Shown in pieces: positions 1 to 13,200 of a stretch of DNA of 64,000 nt. A program made the position numbers and the translations under genes. The stretch is from Bispira polyomma (Eukaryota): the NCBI GenBank assembly GCA_965649765.1, contig OZ287757.1, positions 16,616,001-16,680,000 of the forward strand, read 5' to 3'. The notes below the pieces were generated by a model that was given only the letters and a program-made list of their open reading frames with translations, did not search any database and was not told where the DNA came from. The stretch's first letter is position 1. Every line of letters begins with the position of its first letter.

Positions 1-1120
1 AAGATTGAGCTAATATGTTTTTGTCTGAAATTTGCGATTATACCCTTTCCACAATTATTCTTACTACCAAAAGGTACCAATTTACACACAATAACAGGGA
101 TGGTACTATATACACGACCTGTAGTACAAACATTTATTGATCAACTGTATCCGACTTAGTGTTGGGAATTCATCTGTATTTGGAGGTCGATGAATTGATT
201 AATTTTACGACCGATGATCAACCTAAAATCGATTTTCACATGAATATATTTTAACAAAGTATTAGGTTAGTTATCCTGCCATCCCGGGCCGAATCTATTG
301 TGATTCAATAAGAATTTAATCAAATTCAAACGTTCGACATTTAAAATAAACCGCTTATCTATATGACTTCCAGTAAACATGGCAGTAAACAAAAACAAAT
401 ATAAAGGTGACAAAAATTGCTTCATTTGACTTAAAAATGACCTTAAATCATATAAAAAAGTCAAAATATTTATTAGGTAAAGTTGGGAATAGTATTTGCT
501 GAATAATCAATGGATGACATGGGAGACTGATGTTTGATAGTATAAGCTATCTCGACCGATGCATCCATGTTTGCCGACAATCAATTCACCACTTATCCAA
601 CATGGATATATATGCAAAGGGCATTGAAATTGCAATTTCTGCAGTATCTTAGGAGGCTGGAAATATTTCAAGGAAGCAATCGAGTTCTTGCTGTGTTTTC
701 AGTAATCGGTGATTCTTCATATTTACATTTAAACAGCTGCTATCAGTCTAAACAACAGTATTACCTCTTCATAACACTTACAAGTATGGGTGAGAATCGG
801 TAACCAAGTTTGGTGTGGAGAACATATTTGCAGTACACAACAGCAGATGCAACCGTACCACTGAAATATATTTATGGCTGACGCAATGACAGACAAATAA
901 GTTACCTTCTATGTCTTCTCAGAGGTCCATTGATACTTGCTTTTAATTGTGGAAATGCTTTTAATTGTTTTTGACAAGACTTGGCCTTAATCTAAGCAGT
1001 CATTGAGCTTACACACAAACACTGAGCTGAAGTGGTCTTCTGTGACCTAGTGGTATGGGAGTTGGTCTGGGGACCTAGTTGGAACAGTTTCAGAGAGAAT
1101 ATGTAGTAAAGAGTTCCTAC

Positions 1121-1254
1121 CTGTCGGTACTCAGTATTGTTAGCTGTGAGCTGCTGTAGTTGTAACACGTAGACCAAGGTGTCTTTACCCATCGGTTTGA
1201 TGGGTTGCCACGTGACCTCACAACTCTCCAGACTAATCTCACTCGCTACAGGTT
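1121..1254 (-). CDS. FNDC3: FNDC3 exon 22 (EPVASEISLESCEVTW...TEYRQ)
   Basis: ttccag| acceptor, |gtagga donor, phase 1 to 0. I found no further exon in 1-1120. Confidence 0.88.
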
Positions 1255-4200
1255 CTGGAATACAGTAATCAATAGGAGTCCTTAATACAACTTACTGTAT
1301 CTATAATTAATACAACTTACTATAGCTCTTATTAATACAACTTACTACATCTATGGTACAATAATCAACATGTCCTCACAGGCATACAAGGCCTGATTTA
1401 TACAACACTACTAAAGGAATATGCCATGAAATCATGGCCTTTTACCGGGAAGTTAATTAAGATTAGAGGCATAGAACCACAAAACACCCTCAATAATACA
1501 GAAGTTACTACAACGCTTACAATAAACTGCTACTAAAGTTTCCTCAGTGACACAATGCCTTATTTATACGAATTACAGATCTTTTACATATTTACCTGAC
1601 CAGTTACCACATTACCACCAAAGTATAAGCAAGTATTTTACACTCTCTTGTTACATATACTATGACTGTGTTAAGAGTACAAGTGATCTCAATGTCACTA
1701 GTAGTATCACACAAACACAGAGCCAAAGTATAAGCAAGTATTCTACACTGTCTTGTTACATATACTCTGACCGTGTTAAGAGTAGAAGTGATCTCAATGT
1801 CACTAGTAGTATCACACAAACACAGAGCCACTGACCTTTGACAGCAGGAGGAGGGGCTTTGGTGGTAGTAAAGGTGTAGTTCTGGGAGTAATCCCCCTCC
1901 CCAGCCTGGTTACGAGCATTGATGTGGAACGTGTATTCTGTCAGTTCCTGGAGACGGTTGATCTTGTGAGAGAGAGCCGTGCCTTGGTACACCGGGTAGA
2001 AACTATAATAAACACAAGTAGAACATGATTTACAACTACTGACAATCACTGGCTCTCACTGACATTATCACTACAACTATAGTAAACACAGGTACAGCAG
2101 CATTAACCACTACTGACAATCATTGGCTCTCACAGATATACCACTACATCATGTGTAGTGACTGATAACACACTCCCCTTTCACTTCTGCCATTGTAGGT
2201 TTAGTGGTAACACACTCCCCTTTCACTTCTGCCTATGTAGGTTTAGTGGTAACACACTCCCCTTTCACTTCTGCCAACGTAGGTTTAGTGGTAACACACT
2301 CCCCTTTCACTTCTGCCATTGTAGGTTTAGTGGTAACACACTCTCCTTTCACTTCTGCCAATGTAGGTTTAGTGGTAACACACTCCCCTTTCACTTCTGC
2401 CAATGTAGGTTTAGTGGTAACACACTCCCCTTTCACTTCTGCCAATGTAGGTTTAGTGGTAACACACTCCCCTTTCACTTCTGCCAATGTAGGTTTAGTG
2501 GTAACACACTCCCCTTTCACTTCTGCCAACGTAGGTTTAGTGGTAACACACTCCCCTTTCACTTCTGCCATTGTAGGTTTAGTGGTAACACACTCCCCTT
2601 TCACTTCTGCCAATGTAGGTTTAGTGGTAACACACTCCCCTTTCACTTCTGCCAATGTAGGTTTAGTGGTAACACACCCCCCTTTCACTTCTGCCAACGT
2701 AGGTTTAGTGGTAACACACTCCCCTTTCACTTCTGCCAATGTAGGTTTAGTGGTAACACACTCCCCTTTCACTTCTGCCAATGTAGGTTTAGTGGTAACA
2801 CACTCCCCTTTCACTTCTGCCAATGTAGGTTCGAATCTTGGTCCATACGTATATCTGATAAAGTTGGCAGTGAACTTGCTGAAGGCTGATGGTTTATAGA
2901 TATTACACATAAAACTGTTTAACCCAAAATAAACTCGGTGAGTCACTTACCTGCCATTATCCTTGAGGATCTCTAAACAATACTGCTGCATATCTGGATT
3001 CCTTCCCTCCCCCCACTTCACTTTGAGGCTGTTGGGTCCTGCCGCCATACACTCTACTTGAGGTGGAGACGGTGGGAGAGAACGAGTGCTCACTTTGACT
3101 GCTGGACTGAAACCTCCCACTCCAATAACGTTAACAGCTTGGACACGCACCCTACATAAACACAGAGAAATACTAACTGAAACCTCACACTCCAACACTG
3201 TTACCAGCTTGGACACGCACCCTACATAAATACAAAGAGAAATACTGACTGAAACCTCACACTCTTAACAGTCTCGACACACACCTTGTATAAACACCTG
3301 TGTACAGATGTCTTACCAATAAATAGTCTTAGGTAGTAAGTCCTCTATGTAATACACCTGTGTACAGATCTCTTACCTATAAATAGTCTCAGGTAGTAAG
3401 TCCTCTATCTAATACACCTGTGTACAGATGACTTACCTATAAATAGTCTCAGGTAGTAAGTCCTCTATCTAATACACCTGTGTAGATCTCTTACCTATAA
3501 GTGGTCTCAGGTAGTAGGTCCTCTATCACATACTCCTGTGTGTTGCCCACAGCTATCAGATGTTTCTCACCCAGGTCTATGTTATAGGACACGATGTCAC
3601 TCCCGTTACTCACAGGCTCTTTCCACGTTAAGTGGATAGATACAGCTGTAGCTGACGCTCTTACCGATACCACAGGACCAGGACTACTTGGCGGAGTGAT
3701 ACCAGTGGCAACGGGGCTGTAGGGGCCAGCTCCTGCACTATTTACAGCCTGAAGTACAAGTAACTTGGATTATATGTGATTTAATTTAAACTATCAGCAT
3801 TACACAGTCAATCACTTCTAACTTTACATTGTAGAACTCGATATCCAGTCAAAGTCCTTCAAACTAAAGAGTCAAACCTTTAAACATATACATTCAAACC
3901 CTAAAGCCAAATGACAAACAGATTTCTCGCATCTGTAATTTTATACATAGCACACTTAAAATGATTTATTTAAGAAAGCTTAAAGGATATCAATGTAATT
4001 TAGCAAAAAGATCATAAAAGGGAAGTCTATTTTGTTTGGTTACCTGTACTCTAAAACTGTAGCTGGATGCAGGAGTGAGACTCTTGACTTCATAACTCAG
4101 CACTGAACCCATGTGTAACTAAAACAGAACAACCAACACCTCTTAATACACCAATGTGTGCAGTTTATTTCTACTTACTTCAATACAAACACAATAGTTT

Positions 4201-7200
4201 TACTCAAAGGGAGGCTAAAAATAAGGTAGCAATTTATCTCTCCTAAGTCAGGTGATAAGTACATGTGCGTATGAAGTAAGTCTTCAAAAGCCATAAAGTA
4301 GGACAAAAAGTTCTACACTCTTAGGCCCTGTGACACATTCTCAGAGGTTTGCACTTAACCATATGCCCCAAAACTTTGCCTTAGCCCGTGCCCTTTAGAA
4401 AAGTCAAAATCACTTTAGTAGTTCTTGCGTAATCCTGCACACTGTTGTACCTTGGAGAAAATATTCACTCCCCATACTTTTTCTTAGTATGCCCTAGCCT
4501 CAATTTTTGCATGTAATCCTAGAGTCAAGTTTTTCTTTACTATTTGATCCTGTGGTACCTTGGTACAGGTATGCACTCCAGTATGTTTTTCCTTGGTCCA
4601 TGCCCAAGCCCGGGGGGTATAACAATTGCATGTGGCTCTGTATGCTATTGATTTACCTTGTACAAAATAGTACAATACACATGTTAGTTATAAACATTGA
4701 CAGAGGTTAGACTAAACATTTATAGTAAAAGTTTAATAAACTGTTCTCATATTGTTTTTATGAAGAACATATGGTGTACTTCTAAAGGCATTGAGTGAGT
4801 GACTTACCTGTATAAAGTCCTGGTCAGGTGCGGGTTGCCACTCCAGCCTGTACTCTGTGATGGTAGCACCATTGTTAAGAGGCTCCTCCCAGCTCACCAC
4901 TGCTGTGTGTGGAGATCTACACTGAACACAGGCTACTTTAGGGGGCTCAGGAGTGCCCGCCCCACTCACTAGCTCTAAGACATCTGACCAGGGACCAGCC
5001 TAAACACAACAAAGTCATGGTCAGTACATTGAACACATGCTACTTTAGGGGGCTTAAAAATGCCCGCCCCACTCACTAGCTCTAAGATATCTCACCTGGG
5101 ACCAGCCTAAACACAACATACACTTTTTGAAACAATACTATTGTAAATTGGAATTTATTTGGGTGAAAAATAGGGTCATATTTACAGACTAAATCAGTGT
5201 TTATGTGGTCTTATATACAACATAAATTTACATCACATTAAATATATACACTCGTGGTTAGAAACGTGGGATTCCAACAAAAAGTGTTCAACAGGTTACC
5301 ATTTAAAGAAAAAAAAAACTTAGTTTCTTATATACTTGACATGACATCACCAAGTCAAACTTGTAGTTCATATATTAAAATTATTAGATCTGTTTTATAG
5401 ATACAGTAGAACCTATATTGCAAGTGTAAGCTTTTGTTTGGATAACAGAAGGTTCAGATAATAGCCATTTTTGAATAAATCAATAGGATGAATTGGGGGA
5501 GTGGAAATAAGTTCACACAATTAAATATTTAGACAACAGTAGATTGGAATACTTATGATAGTAGAGTTTCTAGTGCCTATCTGCCAGCATCCTAAGGCCC
5601 CATATCTGTTTGTTAAGACAATAAAGTGCAGTGTCTTTAGAGCTACTTACCCCTGCCTTGTTGAAGGCCCTGACTTGGAAGAGGTAGTACCTCCCTGGTA
5701 GTAGTCCTGCTACCACACAGTCACAGTCCTGGCCCCGGTACACCTCCCTCGTACTGTTGTCAGGGTTAGTCATCAGCACCTCATACTCACTGATCCTAGC
5801 TCCCCCATCATAGTCAGGGTAATCTGAAACATCAACACTCAGAGGTTACAGGCTGGGAACACACATCTATAATGTTAATACACACTGATCCTAGCTCCCC
5901 CATCATAGTCAGGGTAATCTAAAACATCAACACTCAGAGGTTACAGGCTGGGAACACACATCTATAATGTTAATACACACTGATCCTAGCTCCCCCATCA
6001 TAGTCAGGGTAATCTAAAACATCAACACTCAGAGGTTACAGGCTGGGAACACACATCTATAATGTGAATACACACTGATCCTAGCTCCCCCATCATAGTC
6101 AGGGTAATCTAAAACATTAACACTCAGAGGTTACAGGCTGGGAACACACATCTATAATGTTAATACACACTGATCCTAGCTCCCCCATCATAGTCAGGGT
6201 AATCTAAAACATTAACACTCGGAGGTTACAGGCTGGGAACATACATCTATAATGTTAATACACACTGATCCTAGCTCCCCCATCATAGTCAGGGTAATCT
6301 AAAACATCAACACTCAAGAGGTTACAGGCTGGGAACACACATCTAAAATATTAATACACACTGATCCTAGCTCTCCCATCATAGTCACGGTAATCTGAAA
6401 CATCAACACTCAGAGGTTACAGCTGGGAACACACATCTAAAATGTTAATACGCACTCATGGTTATAAGGTTGCAGGTGTTGTCATTTTTTTGGGTATTGA
6501 TGACAAACTTAGACTCAAGCTATAACTAATCACTTGTTTCAGTCAGGGTAATCAGAAAATACACACAAGGTAAAGTCCACATTTTCAGTCACTCAAAATG
6601 TAATTGCTTATAAAAAACACAAAATGCAGAAGAAATAGCATCTGATTTTAAAAGCATGCAGTGCACATCTTTTCATAAATTAAAATCATAATGGGGAAAT
6701 ACTGTTGTTAGTAAAGTAGACCTTATTTTAGTGAACTACACAGTTTATCACAAAAAATTTCAATTGCAATGGATGTCACTTCTTTTACACAATAATGCTT
6801 GCTTTATTGGTGCCATTTTTATATAAACTTGCACCACTAACTCATAGACTACATGTGGCTTTTAAGATAGGTCCTGAGATTCCCTGTAAGTGTTGCCAAA
6901 CGTTTATTCACTGAGCACTAGCCTCTGACACACTGAGTTCTCCTGGTGAGACTGAACACTGTCTGCCCTCCTATGTCACATTAAGCACAGCACCACTCCA
7001 ATTTATTATATCTTCAAATAGATTTCTGGCAGTAGCGTCTGCACAAAACTTCTCACTGCTGTGAGGCACTTTTTAACTTGCCTACAGTGTCAGTTTACAT
7101 ATTTACAGACTGTTAACAAAATGGGTGGCAGGGCTGCTGATCCCACCTACGCACTGGGTCTAATACAAGACTATACAGAGGCCAAGGGTTAACTACTAAA

Positions 7201-10200
7201 TGGGCAGCCACCTGTCAACATCCATACTCCCTGTGTCTGCTCACTCCTATCTGCAGCAGCTATTTGGGTACCAAAAAAGGCCCCCAACAATTCCTCAGAC
7301 GAACTCTAGTACAGACAACTTAATAAAGAGCAGCACTCCTTTTTTTACATGTTGCTTTTATTATTTTTGTGTCCGGACAATTTCCGTATTGGCTACAACC
7401 TCTGTCTCTGACAACAAGTAGGTCATCTATTTCTTGTATGATGAACACAATTTATAGGCTTCTATATGGGACAAGTCCTACAGTTTCCACACTCATTATC
7501 CTTCAGTATTTAGTCAATTTGTCAAATTATGCGCTACATAAACATGAATGATGTCTTCATCAGTTGTGCTATCTTTTCTTTTCATAAACTGCATCACCAG
7601 TTTTTCTATAGAAATATCAATTTAACATTCACTTTACTTGGCTTGTAAAAACTTATTCTTTTTATGCTCTTTTACAGCCATGGATACAGTTACAACAGGA
7701 TTGTCAGTGTATCACAGAAAACAGATGTCAGGAAAACTAGTAAAACCTAGAGCTTCTCAGGGAAAGCAGAAATCAGATACATTTAGGACTGGTAGTGTAC
7801 GTCTGTCTCCACAAGTACCATTTTCGCCAATCCATGCGATGGCGATTTGTTTCCTCCTTATAAATTATAGAGAACTGTCTCCACACACACAAACCCACTG
7901 TACTATTTGCGACTGCTATAAAAGTTTTTGCTTCTGGAGGGGAAATTTTCGCATCAGACAGTAAAAATCGTACAGAAGTGATCTTATAAACAATATTAAA
8001 TCAATTAAAAGTCTTGTATCCCATGTACCAAATAACACTATAGAGACACAAACCACACATATGTATCGCAAATGGTACGATCGTACATCGCCAGATGGTA
8101 CTTGTGGAGACGTACACATAGTCTGAACACTTCATTTTTACACCATTTTGAGTACTTTAACCATAGTATCAAAAGGAGATCATGAGAGCCTTATTTTGAA
8201 AACTACTAAAAGACTTTTACATGTTATCTCAAAATTTGATATTTCCTATATATATATTTTTTTGTAAATTCTGATAAAGTAATGCTGCAATTATTTTACT
8301 TTTTGTACTTAATTTTTGTTACTTTATTGGAAACACTTTTACTATCTGACACAAGGAAGCTGTATCTGGGAGTTTGTTTTCATTCTTCCTTTCAAATCTC
8401 CACATTTCATCCTTGTTTATTATATTTATTGTTTGTTTTTAATCTGCTACAAAAGTGTCAGTTTTTTAAAACTTAGAATTACCAGAAACCACATAGAGCC
8501 AAAAACAGCAGATACTAGTGACCTGACACTGTGTAACTGTCAAAACAACAGATAACAAACAGTTTGGAATTTTAAATAGCCACTTCCACACAGCCCTCTC
8601 ATTTCTGAGAAAAATGCCAACAGCCATCTGACCAACTTATAGAGATACATCTCGACAAAAACTGCTTGGTCTTTGTATGACAGGGTTTTCCTTTTTAGGA
8701 TACACTTTTTAGGTGTATATCACAGTTAGGGAGGATTGGGTAAATCTGGTAATGGACCACAAGATTTAACACAACTGACAGTAGCCCCTTTTTTACAGTA
8801 AACAACAACACATCCTTCAAACATGGCTTTAGGCTCTACAGCCTGTATTCACAAACCACTGACTCCCAAAGCTCACATCTCAGGAAACACTTTCTGTCTA
8901 TTCTGCTTCTACTGCTAGTTCACTGTCCAAGGAAATTAGAGCAGGCCAGTTAGTGATCAAAGTTTTCTGTGCTGCAAACAACCGGCCTTCAGTAAGTCCA
9001 CTACCAATTCCCACATACATACCAAGAGCTGAGATTTGAACCCAAGACTGAAGAGGTGTGACCAATATTTAACCTCTACACCTCCAAGACCCCTTATCTC
9101 TAAGGAAATTTAATTTTTCTTATTACCATCTATGCATAATGACTGAATGCAGCAATATGCCTAAGATACTGTGCCTTGTGTATTGGGAAGTATGACTGTA
9201 TCAAAAAGTAGTTACAGTATTCCATCTGGCTACAAGTTTTATGTACACCGATCTTATTACATGTTTCTTTTTCCAGAGTTCTGAAGATGACAAATCACTG
9301 TAACTTCACCTTTTTCAATTGTCTCTCATCTATTTATAGCAAATTTCTTATAATTTGACTCCAGTTTTTGGAGAATCCTGTGTTAGTGATAAGAAAACAT
9401 GAGGCACTTCCCAATTGTTACTATACATCATCTTCAGTTATTTCCCATTTCAAACAGACCGGGAAGGTTGTAACTTTTCACTTGAGATAACTAGTTTATC
9501 ATAACAAGAAAAGTGCGGCCCATGGCCGCTGACTAGTTTGCTATGCACATGCCTAAGGCCCAATTTCTGGGCCGCATAATTGAAATTGAGATTTTATCGT
9601 AAAACAGTGAGAAAAAGAATGAAAACTAGCAAAAAATAAATTTATTTTGATCAGGGCGATTTTGTCCAAGTTATAGGTTGGAGATGAAAAAAAATATTAA
9701 ATTTCGACCAGGGCGATTTTGTTAAAGTTATGGTTGGAGATAAAAAATAAAAAAATGTGGCTATATCGATATTGTCCAAGTTACAGGTTGGAGACAAATT
9801 TTTTTTTAAAGTATGACGAGTATGATTTTGTGCAAATTATAGGTTGGGGACAAAATAAAAAAAAATTTACCAGGGCGATTTTGTATAAGTTACAGGTTGG
9901 AGAAAAAAAAAAAAAAAAAAGCAGTTTTAATCAGGGCGATTTTGTCTAAGTTATAGATTGGAGACAATTGTTTTATTTTGATCAGGGCGATTTTGTGCAA
10001 GTTACAGGTTAGAGATGAAAAAAGGACATTTTCAACAGGGCAATTTTGTCCAAGTTATAGGTTGGACAGAAAAAAACAAAACAATTTTGACCAGGGCGAT
10101 TTTGTCTAAGTTATAGATTGGAGACAATTGTTTTATTTTGATCAGGGCGACTTTGTGCAAGTTACAGGTTAGAGATGAAAAAAGGACATTTTCAACAGGG

Positions 10201-13200
10201 CAATTTTGTCCAAGTTATAGGTTGGACAGAAAAAAAAAAAACAATTTTGACCAGGGCGATTTTCTCCAAGTTATAGATTGAAGACAAAAAACAAGATTTA
10301 TGTAATTTTAGAGCTACCTCCCAAGATTTAGGCGATTTTAGCTTACAATTTTTAGAAGGAACTGAAAGCGGGGCTTTTAAAAACCGTGTACAAAATTTCG
10401 GTTCCCTTGTTGTCGGCTGTATGTTGTCAATAATAATTTTGAACGATCTTGCCATAGGTAAGTACTAGAATATACAGACACAGCAGACTTCCGGAAACAC
10501 GTTGAGATTTCCGTTTTCTTATCGTTTCGAATTATTTTGTAAAATTGTATCCTAGAGTTTAACCGAAACTGACGTCATAAACAGAATACTTCAAAACGAG
10601 GTTGTATAACGCAAGGAATATCCCAACTTTTTTGTTATAAAAAGCCCAATATTTGCGGATTCGTTATTTGAATCGATCCCCAAAAAAATCTGTAAGCATA
10701 AGAGATTGAACTTAAGATTCTATGCGAATTTCAGACCATAACTCCCTACCAGTTTCAAGATTTGCTTGTCGACACGTCTTGTACACTTTTTCCATCTTTT
10801 CGAGTCCTGCTATGAACTAGTTTGCACATGCGCAGACTTGCGCAATATGCAAACTAGTTAAAAAGCTGGATATTGTCCTGGTTTTATACTTGACAGACTA
10901 AATTAGTCAGATCAGTTTGTGCATACATGTATCTACTATGTACTCTGTACCAATATAGAAAAAAAATGGATCATGAATCACTTCACATTAAATTTAAACA
11001 AGTCATTTCTCTCAGATCTTTGGTACAATAAATCACAGAACGGAGAATCAGTATATACTTACTCCATCTTAAATGCAATGACATGGCCCTTGGTTTGCCC
11101 AGCAACTTGGGTACATGGCAGTTGCCCGGGACAACAGCCTGGGTTGTGACGACTAGACATTCTGACCACTAGAAAACATAACATGTCAGCTAGTGTATTG
11201 ACAGAATAAAAATTAAGGTGCGGGCTTTAAATACTTCCAGACAATAAATGCTTATTGACAGATTAAATATAGCAGAGGCCAGGTGATTATTGTAGTTGTA
11301 TTTGTTATGTTCAAAGGTCTGCTCATGAACTAACCTGTACCAGTAACTGATACCTACCTAGATATTTTTATATTGTTTGTTTTTCATTGTAAAGTGTAGC
11401 TAATTCTGAGAATAGTTATAAGCAGTCATAAACAACCTTATCTAATCACTCATCAAAAGTTTAAAGTTAGAATATGAGTGGAATAATTTTACAAACAACA
11501 ACACAATGATAAGTAATGACACATGATAATACATGCGTTTGTAGTTATTGTACCAGGGACTGTGTCCTACAATTAGACTGACAACCTGTCTTATTGCCTA
11601 TGTCAGCACATGTCACAAGGCTTGAGATAGGGAGCAAGGTCCATCTGGCATAATACCAGTGAACTAAGTGGGCCCCGTGCTTACCTCAGATGTTCCTCCT
11701 ATAGTATGACACCTGGCCCTGACCCGGTAGGAGTGGCCAGGCTCAAGCTGATCACAGGTAAACTCTCTCTCTACACCCTCATAGCGCACCTCAAACCCTG
11801 GAATAAAGACACCCAAGATATACCTCACTGTAATACACATTACAAAGGTAAACTCTCTACACCCTCATAGCGCACCTTAAACCCTGGAATACAGACATTC
11901 GTACCTCACTGTAATACATAGACACATTACACAGGTAAACTCTCTACACCCTCATAGCGCACCTCAAACCCTGGAATACAGACACTCGTACCTCACTGGA
12001 GTCAAGAGTCAAGGTGTTTGAGGAGAGTACTAGCGGAACAATTACATATTTAGAAATCAAATACAGTTGAACCCCTTCCCATCTAACCTTAAGGGACCAG
12101 GAGCATTACTTCTACTTAAGCAGGATCTACACATATTAGGGTAGATTTTAAAGGAAAGTGCCTTTGTAGGATCACAGTTTTTTTCTCTGCATAAAAGGGG
12201 AAATTGCGTCAACAGATATCCATATAAAGAGGTTCAACTAAACTAGTGAACAAATTTTACATTACATGCGAGACAAGAACTGTAAGCTTGTTTTGAATAA
12301 TCGTACAGGGGAAATAGCATTGAAGCCAATATACAGTACCATTAGTCCAAACTCTCCATTATGTGTAAATTAAATGAAATCATTTGCCTTGTTCACCAGT
12401 CCCCAGCAATTTAAACGTTTTTTTAAAACATTATGATTATAACCTAAACTTTAAAGAACTGGGGTTACTTACACTATATATGTCATGTATAAAGTTGTTC
12501 ATCTGTATAAAAACATGGCAGCCTTAAACTAAGAATAACTATAAACAGCAACTCGCATGTCAGAGTTATATTATATGAACATGGAACTCACATTAAAGTT
12601 ATCAGTCCTAATTATTGTAGAAACAGCTCAGATCAGTTCTTTGTAACATTTACTATATATTAAAGATGAACTGTGAGAAAGTAGATGAGAAAAGTGCAGA
12701 GGAGCAAGGCTGTACCAAGCTAGTATAACAGTCTGGTCACAGAGTTCACATAGCTAGTTTACACACAATTATGAGGAGTGAAATAGGAGCTCTACATGGA
12801 GGAGAAAACAGTGCAGTTAGAAAGAGAGGAAGGTTTAAAAACACACACAAAGTACAGCTCCCTTCACAACAAGGTCACATGCTGAGGAGAAAGCTCCAGA
12901 GGAGAGAATGGCCCCCTAACTCCATCTACACAGTTCACTGGTTCATGCTCCCTCCATGCATGTGTGTGTGTGTGTGTGTGCGTGTGTGTCACAGATGTAC
13001 AATACATTACAACAACCACTACTTATAGATTACATCAATTAAATAGACTGTCATGTACTCAGCACTGATGTCTATAAACCATATCTAAAGACTATTAGTC
13101 AGGGTAACATTCAATATATACAGTACAACCTCTATTTTATAAACTTCTATTATCCAAACATTCAATTTTATGAACACTTTATTGTTTATTACTATTATAG

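Noticed and set aside
2158-2946. Three long repetitive ORFs on both strands
   Set aside because: By-products of a stop-free 42-bp unit derived from a SINE head. The flanking FNDC3 exons join in frame without them.
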